From the NCBI GenBank assembly GCA_030704615.1, contig CM060734.1, positions 55,366,001 through 55,430,000 on the forward strand: a stretch of DNA of 64,000 bases, in the 5' to 3' direction. Position numbers and translations under genes: made by a program. This stretch comes from Takakia lepidozioides (Eukaryota; Plantae; Bryophyta). Positions 40,396 through 55,111 of this stretch are shown here, in pieces (position 1 is the stretch's first letter; each line of letters begins with the position of its first letter). The notes below the pieces were generated by a model, which was not told the origin of the DNA, did not search any database, and saw nothing but the letters and a program-made list of their open reading frames with translations.

Positions 40396-41810
40396 TTCTG
40401 TGTGTCTGATGGTCACCCGATGGTCATTCATCTCTGTTGTCATTGTGAGCTGTCCCCTTGCACGCAGAGAGAGAGAGTGAGAGAGAGTTTTACCAATGCT
40501 AGGAAAGAACATATCTCGCTTGGAAAAACAGCCTCCCCACCGCATTAGAAAATGGACATCATCGTACATCCTCATGCGCTGCAGATAACTTCAAGGTACT
40601 TATTAGAACTGGAAAAACAGGGGTTTTACACGTGCCTGTATCGAATAATTGTATCTGAGGCAGCTTCAACACAAATCATCACTCCGTTCAGTTGGTATTT
40701 CCATATAAGCGTTTTAGTAGCAAATGAGAGTTATCACTTCCAATGGACATATGATGAACAACGGTATTTATATGTCCTGCACACTTTCCTCACATGTATC
40801 TGCGTGTAATCTAACTCAAGCTTCATTCCATTTTTTGTTCGAAGACCTTTCTGCACATCAAGGAGGTCAGCACGCCTCATCCACCGACTATCCATCGGGT
40901 ATTCATGACTCGCTGTTAGCTCAGCGACTCTTGTTGTAAGGAATTATGATATGAAGCAACACGTACTTGGCCAAGTGAGAGGAGCATGTGCGGAAGAATT
41001 TCGATTAGGGTTTGAGGGAATCGGCTCAGGATCTAACTGAGTACAGTCCTGAGGAGGATGATTTGGGCTTAATCAACTAGTGTTTATGTATTGGAGATTC
41101 CTGTGACAGATCTGCCATAGCTCTGACACCGACAGTGTAAAGTACATTGTTGCGATGGTCTGATTGACGCTATCTAGATGATTGACGCTATGAGAACGCT
41201 ATCCATGACCATCCGAACAGAGCTGTCCACGCTATTATCCACGTTAATCAGTGAAGAGACCTCGAATGATCCTGAGAGCTTACAGGTATTACGCTCATAC
41301 ACCAAGGTAGATTGTATTCACAATCATACACAGAGATTCTCGCAAACTCATACACATCACTCTATTCATCAGTACATTTCCAATCCGTAGATCAGAGCTC
41401 GCCCTTCTTTACTTCTAGTCTACCATCCTAACGTCATTGCCTCTTTGAGAGCCGTTGATTCCGTTGATATCAGACTTAGGAAGATGTAGGCGTTTGTACA
41501 GAGTTCTGAATCCACGCTATGATCTTCGAGGTGCATTTTATATTCATCACGGAAGTTCACATCTCAACGAGTGCAGCTGACAACCCAATCAACCCGTTAC
41601 CCAAGATGTCGAAGCTCAATTGCTATACATTTACTTGTACTCAATTGGAAGTACAAAATGTCGGACGTGACAAATACAAGTGTCAACTTCCTAGTCCCAG
41701 CGTTTCTCTAGCGAATGTACACAATCTGGACAATAGAAATTCCACGTATCTACGCCAATTTGTACAGTGTACATTGTCCCGACGATGACTAAAATCTGAT
41801 GGCTTGCAAG

Positions 41811-43015
41811 TTACATGGGTCCGTAGACGGGGGCATGGAGGAACAGCTCAGTGACGATGAGAGAGAAGAAGCCGATCATGGCAAGACGACCATTCCAGCG
41901 CTCAGCCCTGGCGTTGAAGGGACCGAAGCTTCGGGCGTCGGTGGATTCTCCATTCATGATTGGCACCAAGGACGCGTATGTGAGCAGTTGCACAGCAATC
42001 AAGAAATATACGAGTCCAGTAGTTCCGGGGTTGAACAGCTGCTCCAGAACTGTCAATCCGGTCATCTTCTCTGCAACAGCCGCCCACACGAATCCCACCA
42101 TAGCCTGCAATGTGCCACCGAAAGAGCTTTCAGCTATAGACATTACTGTACAGAAACAAACTGGATCGCAGAAGTAAGCAGTAACGGTGTCAAGCATTGA
42201 TGTCAGACGGGGGTAACTTATTCAGCTATGTACGAACCTCGCACTTCTGTTGGAGTATATGAGAATCTACATCTTCCTTACAGTGATTCATTGACTTGGT
42301 AGTAAGTAAGCGTGTATATAATTTTAGGAATCATGATTCTAAAGATTGAATTCAAGCCTGCAGATTCTTTCAAATGTCATGCACGAAACCCACATCCCGC
42401 TCCACAATCCCGCGTGCATAAAAGGTGGGTGTCTAGAGAAGATGATGTGGAAGTTTGAAGATCGACGCCAGATACGATATTGACCGTCATATTGACCAGA
42501 AGTCGGTCGTAGATGCGATTACAGTGACTACATAGGGTCCTGAACAGTTAAACTGGGCATTTGTGAGGGGCTAGAGACGAGGACTTATCCGAAAGACAGC
42601 TTACCAAACGTCCATTGATTGTCTCGGGTGCGGCTCCATCGAATGCAAACACGCTTGAAAATCCCTTGCTTCCTGTCTCGGGCCTCCTCTCCACTTCAGG
42701 GCGTGGATAGAGCGACCCAGAGTTTGGCGTCGCTCCAAACACCGACCGCTTCTCCGATTCATTAGTTTCTTGGTTGGTAAGTATCTCATCCCTGGTAATG
42801 TCTTTCTTGGTGACCTTGTCGACTGCGTCCTTCACACCTGCCAATGGTCCCTCACCAGCCTCGCACCGCACTCTTCCGGCAAGGGAGGTCAGTAACCTGG
42901 GAGAGCCTGCAGCTAACCGTGCGCTTCCTATTTTGCTAAACCTAGTGGACTGCATAGGCAAAGCCTGGAGGCCTCCAAGCTGGGCAGTAGCAGTGTGCGA
43001 AATTATGGATGCCAT
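41811..43015 (-). CDS. ELIP: Early light-induced protein (LHC-like, 3 helices), copy A. Exons 43015-42605 and 42104-41811.
   Basis: Transit peptide plus two chlorophyll-binding motifs, FAFDGAAPETINGRL|AMVGF and AERWNGRLAMIGF. The intron is phase 0 and the spliced product is 234 aa. Confidence 0.92.
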
Positions 43016-45735
43016 CTGCTCGAGTCAGACAACAAATGCAGAGCTGCGAATGCTGGAAGCTAACTGAGGAGAGTGACTTGTTGAAGCTGACTAGCGGAGA
43101 AAGTGCAGACGGGGAGTAGCACTCGAAGAATGTTGCAGACGATGCATTGTAGTGAGACGGAGCAGAAGTATATGTAGAGTGTCTGGGTCAGGTGAAACCG
43201 AATTACTTTCCAGATCACTTCTTTGACGTGTCATGCAGTAAGGAATCCAGCACGTAGAATCTGTGCGCTTTCACGAGAGTGAGAAAATGGGCGGTACTGT
43301 CGCGATGGATTCACTTTCTGCGCAATATTTTCCCACGTGTCCGCCCAGTTTTGCAGAAGCTGAATGTTGAGGAGGGGAGCGGCCACGCAGCGCGTACACT
43401 TTACACATGGCCCGCCCCGCATTTTAGTGATTGCTCGACTGTCTCTCAATTTATGAAATGTGGGTTTCAGTCCCTCCCGACAGGATTTGTAAGAGCGTGG
43501 ATGCAAGCTTCTGTTCTGACTTGTTCGTTGGAGCACAGCTCGCTTGGCTTGATAGAAAGAGGTCAGATCTCACCGTGAGAAACGCTCACCAACGCAGCAA
43601 CGTCGACACACGTGCTTCACCGACCCAAAGGGGTGGTGAATATAAACCGGTGCGCATGAATGGCTAGGATAACGCCACCGTAGCTACGTGTAATCCTACT
43701 GAACTATCTATAGCCTTTGTTAGCACCCAACTCCTACCCCTGCCTGTGAATCGGAGTGTCTTAGGCTGACCAGCGGCAGTTGGCATTAGTGTTTCAACAC
43801 TGGCAGTTCAGTACTGTCCAGATCCATAGTACGCAATGACGCCTGCTGTTCAAGGCTCATGGGTCACCGGCCAAGGGAAGGGGGAGAAGATGAGGTAGTA
43901 GTCAGGGGCAATTTGCATGAGATGTTCAATAGCAGTGGGAATGCAGCACAGAACCTGCAACCTGCGTTGGATCACTCTTGAAAAAAGTATTCGCCGCACC
44001 TAAGCAAACCTAGTCAGCACCTGGTTTGATTTTGGCATGTTGTTAATGAAGTCTCCTGCCTGAGCTAATCGCCCTGCACGGCCAAGAAGGTTTGACACGA
44101 TGCAGGAAAATTGCTCCAATGCAGGTGTGAGGCATGATGTCGGCTCATGGAAACAAAGTAGTGATGGCCCTCATCTACTAGGGCCGTATGGCTACATGCA
44201 GAGGGAAGAACAGACATAAAGGCTGGATTTAAAATGTGCCGGTTTGAGTTCGGTAAAAACTGAAAAACGGAAGCTTTTGCGACCATATCTGTTCGAGAGA
44301 GGATGAGAGAGAGAAGGTGACAGCCCCTGTTGTTTCTGTGATTAGGATTCCAGGATTGAGCATTGTGATTAGAAACCTAGGCAAATGTTGCATATGGTGG
44401 CTAATTAACTTGCATAGCTCGTAAGTACTCATAGTCCTACGTTTGTGCGGTGGCATCTAGAGAAACACCATGGACTTCAACAGCTCTTCAACAGGCAGCT
44501 TATACAGGATTGGGGGCTCAAGGAATTTGCCGATCACAGTCCACCACTTATTCTGATTTTGTGGTTTTGGGGGCACACAAATTTTCCTTATGACCGTTGG
44601 CTATCGCATTCACATGAGGGCAGATTCCCTCTTGCTACAGAATTTTCCAATCAACCAGTACAACATACTTCATGTGCATTCAATTTATAAGATTCTTTAA
44701 GGCCCTAGACCAGCCTCGAAACCCTAGATTGCATTAGTTCGCCTGATGAGTATTCTCATTCTTCCATTTACATGCGTGTGGAAGATATATCAGTCCTTCA
44801 GGTGCAGCAGACATAGTATGTGAAAATGATTGAGTGTCAATCCTGCTGTCAATCAATCTATTACAACCCTAAAACAAATGATACATATCAGTTTCATTAA
44901 AGCCAAGTTCTTCGCCGGTTGCCTCCAAACTTCTTTGCATTAAACTTCAAGATTGAGAGTTCATCTCTACACTTCACCAATGTAGACTAACACTGAGACT
45001 TTATCAAAATTCTGAATCACCTCCCTTGAGCCTACAAAGAGTTGTAGAGCTGGACTCCTTGACCAGGACAAATGTCACTTCAGAGACTGGAGATTCCTTA
45101 GACACAGAGCCAGTGGCATGAAAGTAACAAGAGCACTACTTAAGCTTCTCATGGTCCAATCTCCAAAGCCAACTTATAACTGCCCTGGCGGATCTTCAAA
45201 AAATACACCTCTCCACACAATAAGTAACAGACAGTTGCTGGCCCGTGTTCTGACCCTTGTGGTAAGCTCTTGCAAGGTAGAGACTAAGAATTCTGCTATC
45301 AAAGTGCATTTCTGAAGTTTTGTTGATTTCTCTTGTGTGGAGTATATTGCCTTGGTCTTGGTCTACCCAGGTTAGTTTGGCAGCAAAGCTGTATAGTACG
45401 GTGCCTTGTATACATGAGGGTGTGAATAGGAGTGCTCATTGTTTTTTGGAGCAATTAAAGATAGGCAAAACGACAGAAGACGAAAGGCTATAGTCAGGCA
45501 AAAATTTTACCGCTAGGCCTCTGACCTCTGTAAAGAGGCAAGCTCTACACCCCTTTCTACTACCATGTGAGTTTGACTGGCTACTGTGGTGTGGAATGTA
45601 GAATATGGGAGAGATTTATAAGCGTATGCTAAGTTGTGAGGCCCACAAAGGATTGATCCAGCAGACGAGATAGCATCTCATAAACTGTCAATGGTGCCCT
45701 AGAGCAAACACTACGTATACCTGCTTGATCTTGCA

Positions 45736-46374
45736 TCATGTTCCACCTTCCGTCCTTTGTGGCATGTGCCATTGACATGGTCGTGTTGTAGGAGATGTCA
45801 TACCTGGGCCGATTTGTCGTAGCGGCGCCAGTAAAGATAACTGCTGTTGTTGCAGGTGGTATGTTGTCATACGCACCAGTAAAAGCAGCCGCTGCTGCAG
45901 GTGGTATTTTGACATCACCTTGTTTGCCTGACAGATTTCGTCTCTTCCGTAGCTTTCCTCCAAGGGTGAACCTGAATTTTGTTTTACGGTCAGGGCTATC
46001 GCAAAGTCCACTTCGACATTCAGCGAGGCTGGCTTTTGTTGATAGATCCAGTAGAGGAACTTAATGTTTTCAGAAAAACAGCGAGGACACTTCTTCTCAC
46101 CTAGATGCAGGACCAGAAAAGCTGCAAGAGGGGCGTCTCCATCTCCATGACTGTTTCTTTTTCTTTTCTTTGTTGGTGTAGCCACTTGTGCTTGAGCGCC
46201 ATCCAACTCTCCTGCATGGGGATGTTGCACGTTGGCTACCCCCAAGAAGTCACCTTCATCAACTTCCATACAACTCTCCAGCTCGCTCTCAAGCAACATC
46301 GAAAAATTTATCTCTCCAAGGTCATCGACCTCTACAAGACCTCTATTGTGTTCCAGTTCTTGCGCCATGGTCAT
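45736..46374 (-). pseudogene. Degenerate Dof-like zinc-finger gene remnant
   Basis: NLS-like KKRKR, then CPRCFSENIKFLY. NKSQPR and ECRSGLC follow in other reading frames. The Dof consensus is CPRCxSxxTKFCYYNNYxxxQPRxxCxxC. Confidence 0.55.
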
Positions 46375-48085
46375 ATTGATCCCCCCTGGACTCCAACTCC
46401 AAGTCAGATGCCTGTTTCAGATCCACTGGCCCACCTCCAATATACATGTTGCTAGGCTCCTCATGACCCATCACAAATTTTCTTCACGCTCCACGCTAGC
46501 GAGCAGATATGCACGATGGGTCGTCACTAGTCACAAATCTTCTTCACGCTTCATCATCCAGATCGTGGTAACTTGTTTTGTTACTCTAGGCAGAGAAGTT
46601 ACGACGATCTGGATATTGAACATATGTGGATCGATCGGAAAACAAGGGTTGAGATGAGTGCAGCACATCAGATCCAAGTTACTTGAGATACCACAGTATA
46701 GGCTCATAACTCATATGTAACTACTCGGAGTACATACAATTGCTTACCCAGTTCACTAGCTAAAGTAGATCACAGCAATGTTGAAGGAAAGAACAACCGC
46801 TCCACATCTTACACCGTTAGATTCGGCGCTTACGCATCGCCTGGCGTTGGATCGGGGCTTTATAAGGAGCTTGTTTGGGGTTCAAATCCGCACGGCGAAC
46901 TATAAATGATGCCTAAGTTTTCGAGGCTGGTCTAGGGGCCTTTTAAAGAATCTTGAATGCGATAGCCAACGGTCATAAGTAAAATTTGTGTGTGCCCCCA
47001 AAACCAGTAAGGAAAGGGTTAGATCATCTTCAGCAAACTATTACAATCGCTCACCTCTGTGGGGTCTCTTCCTTTTGTGCTTCATATCAAATGCCTGCTT
47101 CTTAGGTTACATAACTTAACTCAGTTCAATGTGGTCATATCCACATAGGAGTGACTAGACAAGTATCATTAACATTCCCCCTTCAATTTATACTGTACTG
47201 TTGAAGAGCTGTTGAAGTCCATGGTGTTTCTACACCACAGCACAAACGTAGGACTATCAGTACTTACTCTATGCAAGTTAATTAGCCACCATACGCGACA
47301 TTTGCCTAGGCTTCTAAATTCAATGCTCAATCCTGGAATCCTAATCACAGAAACAACAGGGACTGTCACCTTCTCTCTCTCTCTCATTCTCTCTCGAACA
47401 GATATGCTCGCAAAAGCTTCCGTTTTTCAATTTTTACAAAACTTCAAACCGGCACATTTTAAATCCACCCTTTATATCTGTACTTCTCTCTGCATGTAGC
47501 CACAGGGGCCTAGTAGATGAGGGCCATCACTACTTTGTTTCCATGAGCCGACATCATGCCTCACACCTGCATTGGAGCAATTTTCCTGCATCGTGTCAAA
47601 CCTTCTTGGCCGTGCAGGGCGATTAGCTCAGGCAGGAGACTTCATTAACAACATGCCAAAATCAAACCAGGTGATGACTAGGTTTGCTTAGGTGCGGCGA
47701 ATACTTTTTTCAAGAGTGATCCAACGCAGGTTGCAGGTTCTGTGCTGCATTCCCACTGCTATTGAACAAATTGCCCCTGACTACGTACTACCTCATCTTC
47801 TCCCCCTTCCCTTGGCCGGTGACCCATGAGCCTTGAACAATTTCACAATTGCTGCAGGCGTCATTGCGTACTATGGATCTGGACAGTACTGAACTGCCAG
47901 TGTTGAAACACTAATGCAAACTGCCGCCTGTCAGCCTAAGACACTCCGATTCACAGGCAGGGGTAGGAGTTGGGTGCTCACAAAGGCTATAGATAGTTCA
48001 GTAGGATTACACGTAGCTACGGTGGCGTTATCCTAGCCATTCATGCGCACCGGTTTATATTCACCACCCCTTTGGGTCGGTGAAG

Positions 48086-48476
48086 CACGTGTGTCGACGT
48101 TGCTGCGTTGGTGAGCGTTTCTCACGGTGAGATCTGACCTCTTTCTATCAAGCCAAGCGAGCTGTGCTCCAACGAACAAGTCAGAACAGAAGCTTGCATC
48201 CACGCTCTTACAAATCCTGTCGGGAGGGACTGAAACCCACATTTCATAAATTGAGAGACAGTCGAGCAATCACTAAATTGCGGGGCGGGCCATGTGTAAA
48301 GTGTACGCGCTGCGTGGCCGCTCCCCTCCTCAACATTCAGCTTCTGCAAAACTGGGCGGACACGTGGGAAAATATTGCGCAGAAAGTGAATCCATCGCGA
48401 CAGTACCGCCCATTTTCTCACTCTCGTGAAAGCGCACAGATTCTACGTGCTGGATTCCTTACTGCATGACACGTCA
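48086..48476 (+). promoter_or_regulatory. G-box/ABRE cluster upstream of ELIP (mirrored at 43224-43614)
   Basis: CACGTG at 48086 and 48361, TACGTG at 48444 and GACACGTCA at 48468 all lie within 600 bp of the ATG. This fits bZIP (HY5/ABF) regulation of ELIPs. Confidence 0.55.
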
Positions 48477-48684
48477 AAGAAGTGATCTGGAAAGTAATTC
48501 GGTTTCACCTGACCCAGACACTCTACATATACTTCTGCTCCGTCTCACTACAATGCATCGTCTGCAACATTCTTCGAGTGCTACTCCCCGTCTGCACTTT
48601 CTCCGCTAGTCAGCTTCAACAAGTCACTCTCCTCAGTTAGCTTCCAGCATTCGCAGCTCTGCATTTGTTGTCTGACTCGAGCAG

Positions 48685-49889
48685 ATGGCATCCTTAATGT
48701 CGCACACTGCTACTGCCCAGCTTGGAGGCCTCCAGGCTTTGTCTATGCAGTCCACTAGGTTTAGCAAAATAGGAAGCGCACGGTTAGCTGCAGGCTCTCC
48801 CAGGTTACTGACCTCCCTTGCCGGAAGAGTGCGGTGCGAGGCTGGTGAGGGACCATTGGCAGGTGTGAAGGACGCAGTCGACAAGGTCACCAAGAAAGAC
48901 ATTACCAGGGATGAGATACTTACCAACCAAGAAACTAATGAATCGGAGAAGCGGTCGGTGTTTGGAGCGACGCCAAACTCTGGGTCGCTCTATCCACGCC
49001 CTGAAGTGGAGAGGAGGCCCGAGACAGGAAGCAAGGGATTTTCAAGCGTGTTTGCATTCGATGGAGCCGCACCCGAGACAATCAATGGACGTTTGGTAAG
49101 CTGTCTTTCGGATAAGTCCTCGTCTCTAGCCCCTCACAAATGCCCAGTTTAACTGTTCAGGACCCTATGTAGTCACTGTAATCACATCTACGACCGACTT
49201 CTGGTCAATATGACGGTCAATATCGTATCTGGCGTCGATCTTCAAACTTCCACATCATCTTCTCTAGACACCCACCTTTTATGCACGCGGGATTGTGGAG
49301 CGGGATGTGGGTTTCGTGCATGACATTTGAAAGAATCTGCAGGCTTGAATTCAATCTTTAGAATCATGATTCCTAAAATTATATACACGCTTACTTACTA
49401 CCAAGTCAATGAATCACTGTAAGGAAGATGTAGATTCTCATATACTCCAACAGAAGTGCGAGGTTCGTACATAGCTGAATAAGTTACCCCCGTCTGACAT
49501 CAATGCTTGACACCGTTACTGCTTACTTCTGCGATCTAGTTTGTTTCTGTACAGTAATGTCTATAGCTGAAAGCTCTTTCGGTGGCACATTGCAGGCTAT
49601 GGTGGGATTCGTGTGGGCGGCTGTTGCAGAGAAGACGACCGGATTGACAGTTCTGGAGCAGCTGTTCAACCCCGGAACTACTGGACTCGTATATTTCTTG
49701 ATTGCTGTGCAACTGCTCACATACGCGTCCTTGGTGCCAATCATGAATGGAGAATCCACCGACGCCCGAAGCTTCGGTCCCTTCAACGCCAGGGCTGAGC
49801 GCTGGAATGGTCGTCTTGCCATGATCGGCTTCTTCTCTCTCATCGTCACTGAGCTGTTCCTCCATGCCCCCGTCTACGGACCCATGTAA
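48685..49889 (+). CDS. ELIP: Early light-induced protein, copy B. Exons 48685-49095 and 49596-49889.
   Basis: Near-identical inverted copy of 41811-43015. I see 4 amino-acid differences, and the splice sites are intact. Confidence 0.92.
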
Positions 49890-51270
49890 CTTGCAAGCCA
49901 TCAGATTTTAGTCATCGTCGGGACAATGTACACTGTACAAATTGGCGTAGATACGAGGAATTTCTATTGTCCAGATTGTGTACATTCGCTAGAGAAACGC
50001 TGGGACTAGAAAGTTGACACTTGTATTTGTCACGTCCGACATTTTGTACTTCGTAAATGTATAGCAATTAAGCTTCGACATCTTGGGTAACGGGTTGATT
50101 GGGTTGTCAGCTGCACTCGTTGAGATGTGAACTTCCGTGATGAATATAAAATGCACCTCGAAGATCATAGCGTGGATTCAGAACTCTGTACAAACGCCTA
50201 CATCTTCCTAAGTCTGATATCAACGGAATCAACGGCTCTCAAAGAGGCAATGACGTTAGGATGGTAGACTAGAAGGCGAGCTCTGATCTACGGATTGGAA
50301 ATGTACTGATGAATAGAGTGATGTGTATGAGTTTGCGAGAATCTCTGTGTATGATTGTGAATACAATCTACCTTGGTGTATGAGCGTAATACCTGTAAGC
50401 TCTCAGGATCATTCGAGGTCTCTTCACTGATTAACGTGGATAATAGCGTGGACAGCTCTGTTCGGATGGTCATGGATAGCGTTCTCATAGCGTCAATCAG
50501 CTAGATAGCGTCAATCAGACCATCGCAACAATGTACTTTACACTGTCGGTGTCAGAACTATGGCAGATCTGTCACAGGAATCTCCAATACATAAACACTA
50601 GTTGATTAAACCCAAATCATCCTCCTCAGGACTGTACTCAGTTAGATCCTGAGCCGATTCCCTCAAACCCTAATCGAAATTCTTCCGCACATGCTCCTCT
50701 CACTTGGCCAAGTACGTGTTGCTTCATATCAGAATTCCCTTACAACAAGAGTAGCTGAGCTAACAGCGAGTCATGAATACCCGATGGATCGTCGGTGGAT
50801 GAGGCGTGCTAACCTCCTTGATGTGCAGAAAGGTCTTCGAACAAAAAATGGAATGAAGCTTGAGTTAGATTACACGCAGATACATGTGAGGAAAGTGTGC
50901 AGGACATATAAATACCGTTGTTCATCATATGTCCATTGGAAGTGATAACTCTCATTTGCTACTAAAACGCTTATATGGAAATACCAACTGAACGGAGTGA
51001 CGATTTGTGTTGAAGCTGCCTCAGATACAATTATTCGATACAGGCAAGTGTAAAACCCCTGTTTTTCCAGTTCTAATAAGCACCTTGAAGTTATCTGCAG
51101 CGCATGAGGATGTACGATGATGTCCATTTTCTAATGCGGTGCAGAGGCTGTTTTTCCAAGCGAGATATGTTCTTTCCTAGCATCTCTCTCTCTCTCTCTG
51201 TCTCTGTCTCTGCCTGCAAGGGGAGAGCTCACAATGACAACAGAGATGAATGACCATCAGCCACAAAGAA

Positions 51271-54200
51271 TCAATGAATGTTGCATTGCTGCACATATGC
51301 TTGCCCATAATTTACATAGCGCTCCCACAATGGCTTATACCTACTCATCGCTAACTTTAACCAGGGCTTCATGTTCCCATTGAAATGGACAACAGCCCCC
51401 TTTTCTATCACCTTGCTATCAATATTTGGATCATACCCGAGTCCCAAGACGTGCCACCATCGATCAAGGGGCTGCATAAGTCCATAGAAGGTCAAAAGAC
51501 CAGGCGGCAGTGTCCCAAGCTTCCAAAGAGTTCTATCCACATTCTGTTCTTGCCAGTAATGATACCGGCTGGTAACATTGGCTTGCTTCCACCTGACCAA
51601 ATCAAATACATTCATACCAAAGGCCCAACCACAAGAATCAGGGTTGAAATCGGATCGTAGCTTGGGATGTGAGAAGTTCAAGTACTTGTGAAAGCGATGG
51701 AAGCTTTCCAGGCAAGTCTCTACGGCACCATTCACATTGCCATGTAAGTTGATGGAGAACAGTTCCGTGAGGTCACGCTGAACGACCACATCATCATCGA
51801 GGAACACCACCTACGACCAAAAACAACAAATATGAAATCTTGTATAGAAACTGAGAATGGCTTAAGTAATATATCATAGATTCAGAATAGAATGCAATCC
51901 TGGTCAAAGCTCCCCAAATATACACATAGATGAGACCTTGCAGCTAAGAGAAGACAAAGCCAAAAGAAAGGAAAAACAGAAGTTACATGCAACTAGAATC
52001 GACGTGATATGAACTGTCTGTTTCACTGATGATTTGCCAGTTAACTTTTACTCTCTTGGCAGGACCATGTTCCTGTTAGCCCATCCTGTCTGTTCGCTTA
52101 CATAAACTTGAGAGCTTGCAACCATGCCTGGATTGGAACATGCCCCTTTTGCTTCGAACCTCATTCACTAAGAATTGAACACTAAAAGATCGGGCACTCC
52201 TATGATCTAGAATGTTACCTTGTTTAGTGCTGGATACACCTCAGGGATGTAAAACCGTAAATGATTTAGCATTGACAAGTACTTTGGGTTACGAAATTTG
52301 AGTGTGCTTTTTGAGTCTTGCCCAGCACCCTTGAAGTAATAGCTTCGAGTTTCAGCATCTTCTAGCTGCTTCAACACTGGGACATATGATGAATTGAGCC
52401 ATGTATAGTCATCGATGTTCTGGACTTCAACTGTTGCTCCCCTGTAAGACCAATATAACCCAACACTGACTCTTTAGTGACTGACTGAAATAATGACGAC
52501 TTCGCTTACTTCCATACCTGAGTTACTCTAGGATCTTCCAAGTATAAATCGCAGTGTTGCTGTGCTGTTTTGCTGTTTCCTCCAGCTGTACCTAACCATG
52601 CATTGGAATTCGACCTACAGACTTGCTGCTCAAATGGTATTTCCATTACCCACCTGACAAGCATTCATGCTTTGTGTAGGAATCTTCATCCATGTCTTCT
52701 AGACCCAGAAAGAGTGAACATGTATGTATATCACACATCACTGGGCGTAAAGAGGCAATGATTCCTTCAAACAATTATTTGCTGAAAAATGCAAAGGTTA
52801 TCAACACCCAATCCAGACATCAGCATGGTACGGAATATGCATCCCCAACTAACAATGAGGCAGACCAAATGATCGGTGCAGAAGACAACATTCTTGAGTG
52901 CTGGTGGGAACTTTTGCAACCTGCTTCAACTGTCTGTAGCACATATGGAGGCACACTTGTGTCATATCATGGGGCTGTGATGAACCACACCTCCATGACA
53001 ACCAACCTCATGGCACATGGCCACTCTATCAAAGCTGGAGGACATTCCTAATACATGCTATACATAATTATTGGATAAGTGATGATTGTACCTGAAATCA
53101 TTTAACACAAACCATGTCTGCATGGCCCCATAATTCATGTGGTCAGTCACCACGTGAAACACCAGCTCATCAGGGTGCCGAGAATTGCAAATGGTTGAGT
53201 TCACAACGACTGAAGTAGCCAAAACATTGTCTGAAAAAACGCAAAAATGGTAGAGGCTGTTGTCCGTGAGCTTTGGTGACTTCCGGACCTGTTCGACTGA
53301 TTTGTGTAGTTGGGGGTCCATTGCCCACTCCATTGTCAGTCGCATGCCCAGGCAATGCAAGCTCTTGGGAACCGCCTCAGCTGCTAGCTGCCCAAACACT
53401 GTGCTTTGTACAGCTGCCGCATTCGCTCGCTCCTCCAAAGCCTACATCATAAGCCTCGTTTGCTCATATCTACTTCATGCTTAGATCTCCAGTGGTATCA
53501 ATGCACATCATGATCTCTAGTGTGGTGACAATGCCAGCCCTTAAAATTAGCACTAAGGTAGAAGACCTCTAGAATTTGACCACTGAACTCAAAATTGCAG
53601 TGTGTGTTTTTGCCACCCAAACCCTCTTTAATATTGCCAAACACCGAGTACAATCTTGGGCTGCACAGTTCCCCACACACTCTCATCAAACTCATTGTTG
53701 ACTTCAAATTTCACCTCTGGTCAACACAAGCTAGCTACACTTCTGAACCCGAAAGCTCTTTGCATGTGTAGTTCAAAACTATCTTGCCCCAGACCCAATA
53801 GGACAGGTCTCAAACCTGTGAGAGAGATGCTTGCCCAATCCCCCCAACTGACACAAGGTGGTGTCGAATAGGCATTGGGAATCCCTTTCCTCTCTCAGGT
53901 CCAACAAAAAGGTTCTATCTTAGTAGACGTTCTTTTTCTTTCTGAATAGCCTGTTAATAGAATGTCCTCAAAGACCAATACCTCGCCCAAAAACGGAATG
54001 ACCTACCTGTATTTGTGCTTTGAGCTTCATAATCATTGTAGCGCTGTCATAGTGAAGCTCCTTTGCATGGGCAATGAGTGCTGACATCTCCTTTATCACA
54101 GGCTCAGCATCCTTTCCAGAGACAGTGGTGCCTCGCAAGGCGGCCTCAGAGAGCAACAGCTGGGCAACCCGGATTTGAGCACTCAATTCCCATGCAAACC

Positions 54201-55077
54201 CATAGTTGCTATTCTCCTTGGCAATCACCGCAAGGGCCTTCGCCACTGTCATCTGATCACCTAGTTGTCGTGCAACAGAGCTAGTGCTCAGCATCTCCGC
54301 TGTCATGTTCACTCTCCCAAGTCTCTGCCCTTCATCACTCATCTGCAATACGGTACGGGATAAGTGAAACCAGTACAATATTCTATACAAAAACTCAATT
54401 GTACTGAAAGGGCACAAAACAAATTTGAGCAAGCCGTTATGGTGGACGAGAGTCAAGAATAAATGGATCAAGTTGGAATTATTCACTCTCACATATCTAT
54501 GCTCAAGCACTGGCAGAAGGTCAACACATTAAGTACAGGCCTTGATCTTCGGTGTTCCACTTTGTCCTACCAGAGACTAATTTCTTCTTTCCTTTCAGTT
54601 CAACTGTTACAGAGGTCCTATGTGACCCCAGTGGCCATCATAAATTATTCTCTTTCTTAAGTGAGCCATTGTGCATGATTGAGGGCTTCAGAGTAAAGCC
54701 GAGTGACAAGGAAGGCAAGGAGCCACCACATAAATGCAAGTCATAAAGGTAAATTTACAGACAGCTAGTACAATTGTTGCAAGCCTTGGGCTGAAAAAAT
54801 TAATCCAATCGGCTTCTTGGCAAAGCAGTGCTAATCTGCAGAGAGGTAGCAAGGGAAAGAAACTTTCTGAGCACTGCTATGATCTTATGTGTTGTCTCAT
54901 GAGATTAAGAAGAAATAGAGAAAACTTATATCATCCACAGCAGGTACTCATAAGACGTTGTTTGCCGTAGCCTTGTGGCCCAGTTTGGGCGGAACACAAA
55001 GGGACAGAACCTCCCTTTGTCAGGGGCTGATGCCGGTAGTAAGACTTACCTTGGAATAATCAATTGATCCGGGTCAA

Positions 55078-55111
<34 letters not shown>

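Noticed and set aside
43231-43667. ORFs conserved in both arms (also 48033-48469)
   Set aside because: The conservation comes from the recent duplication. The region is ELIP promoter sequence with no protein motifs.
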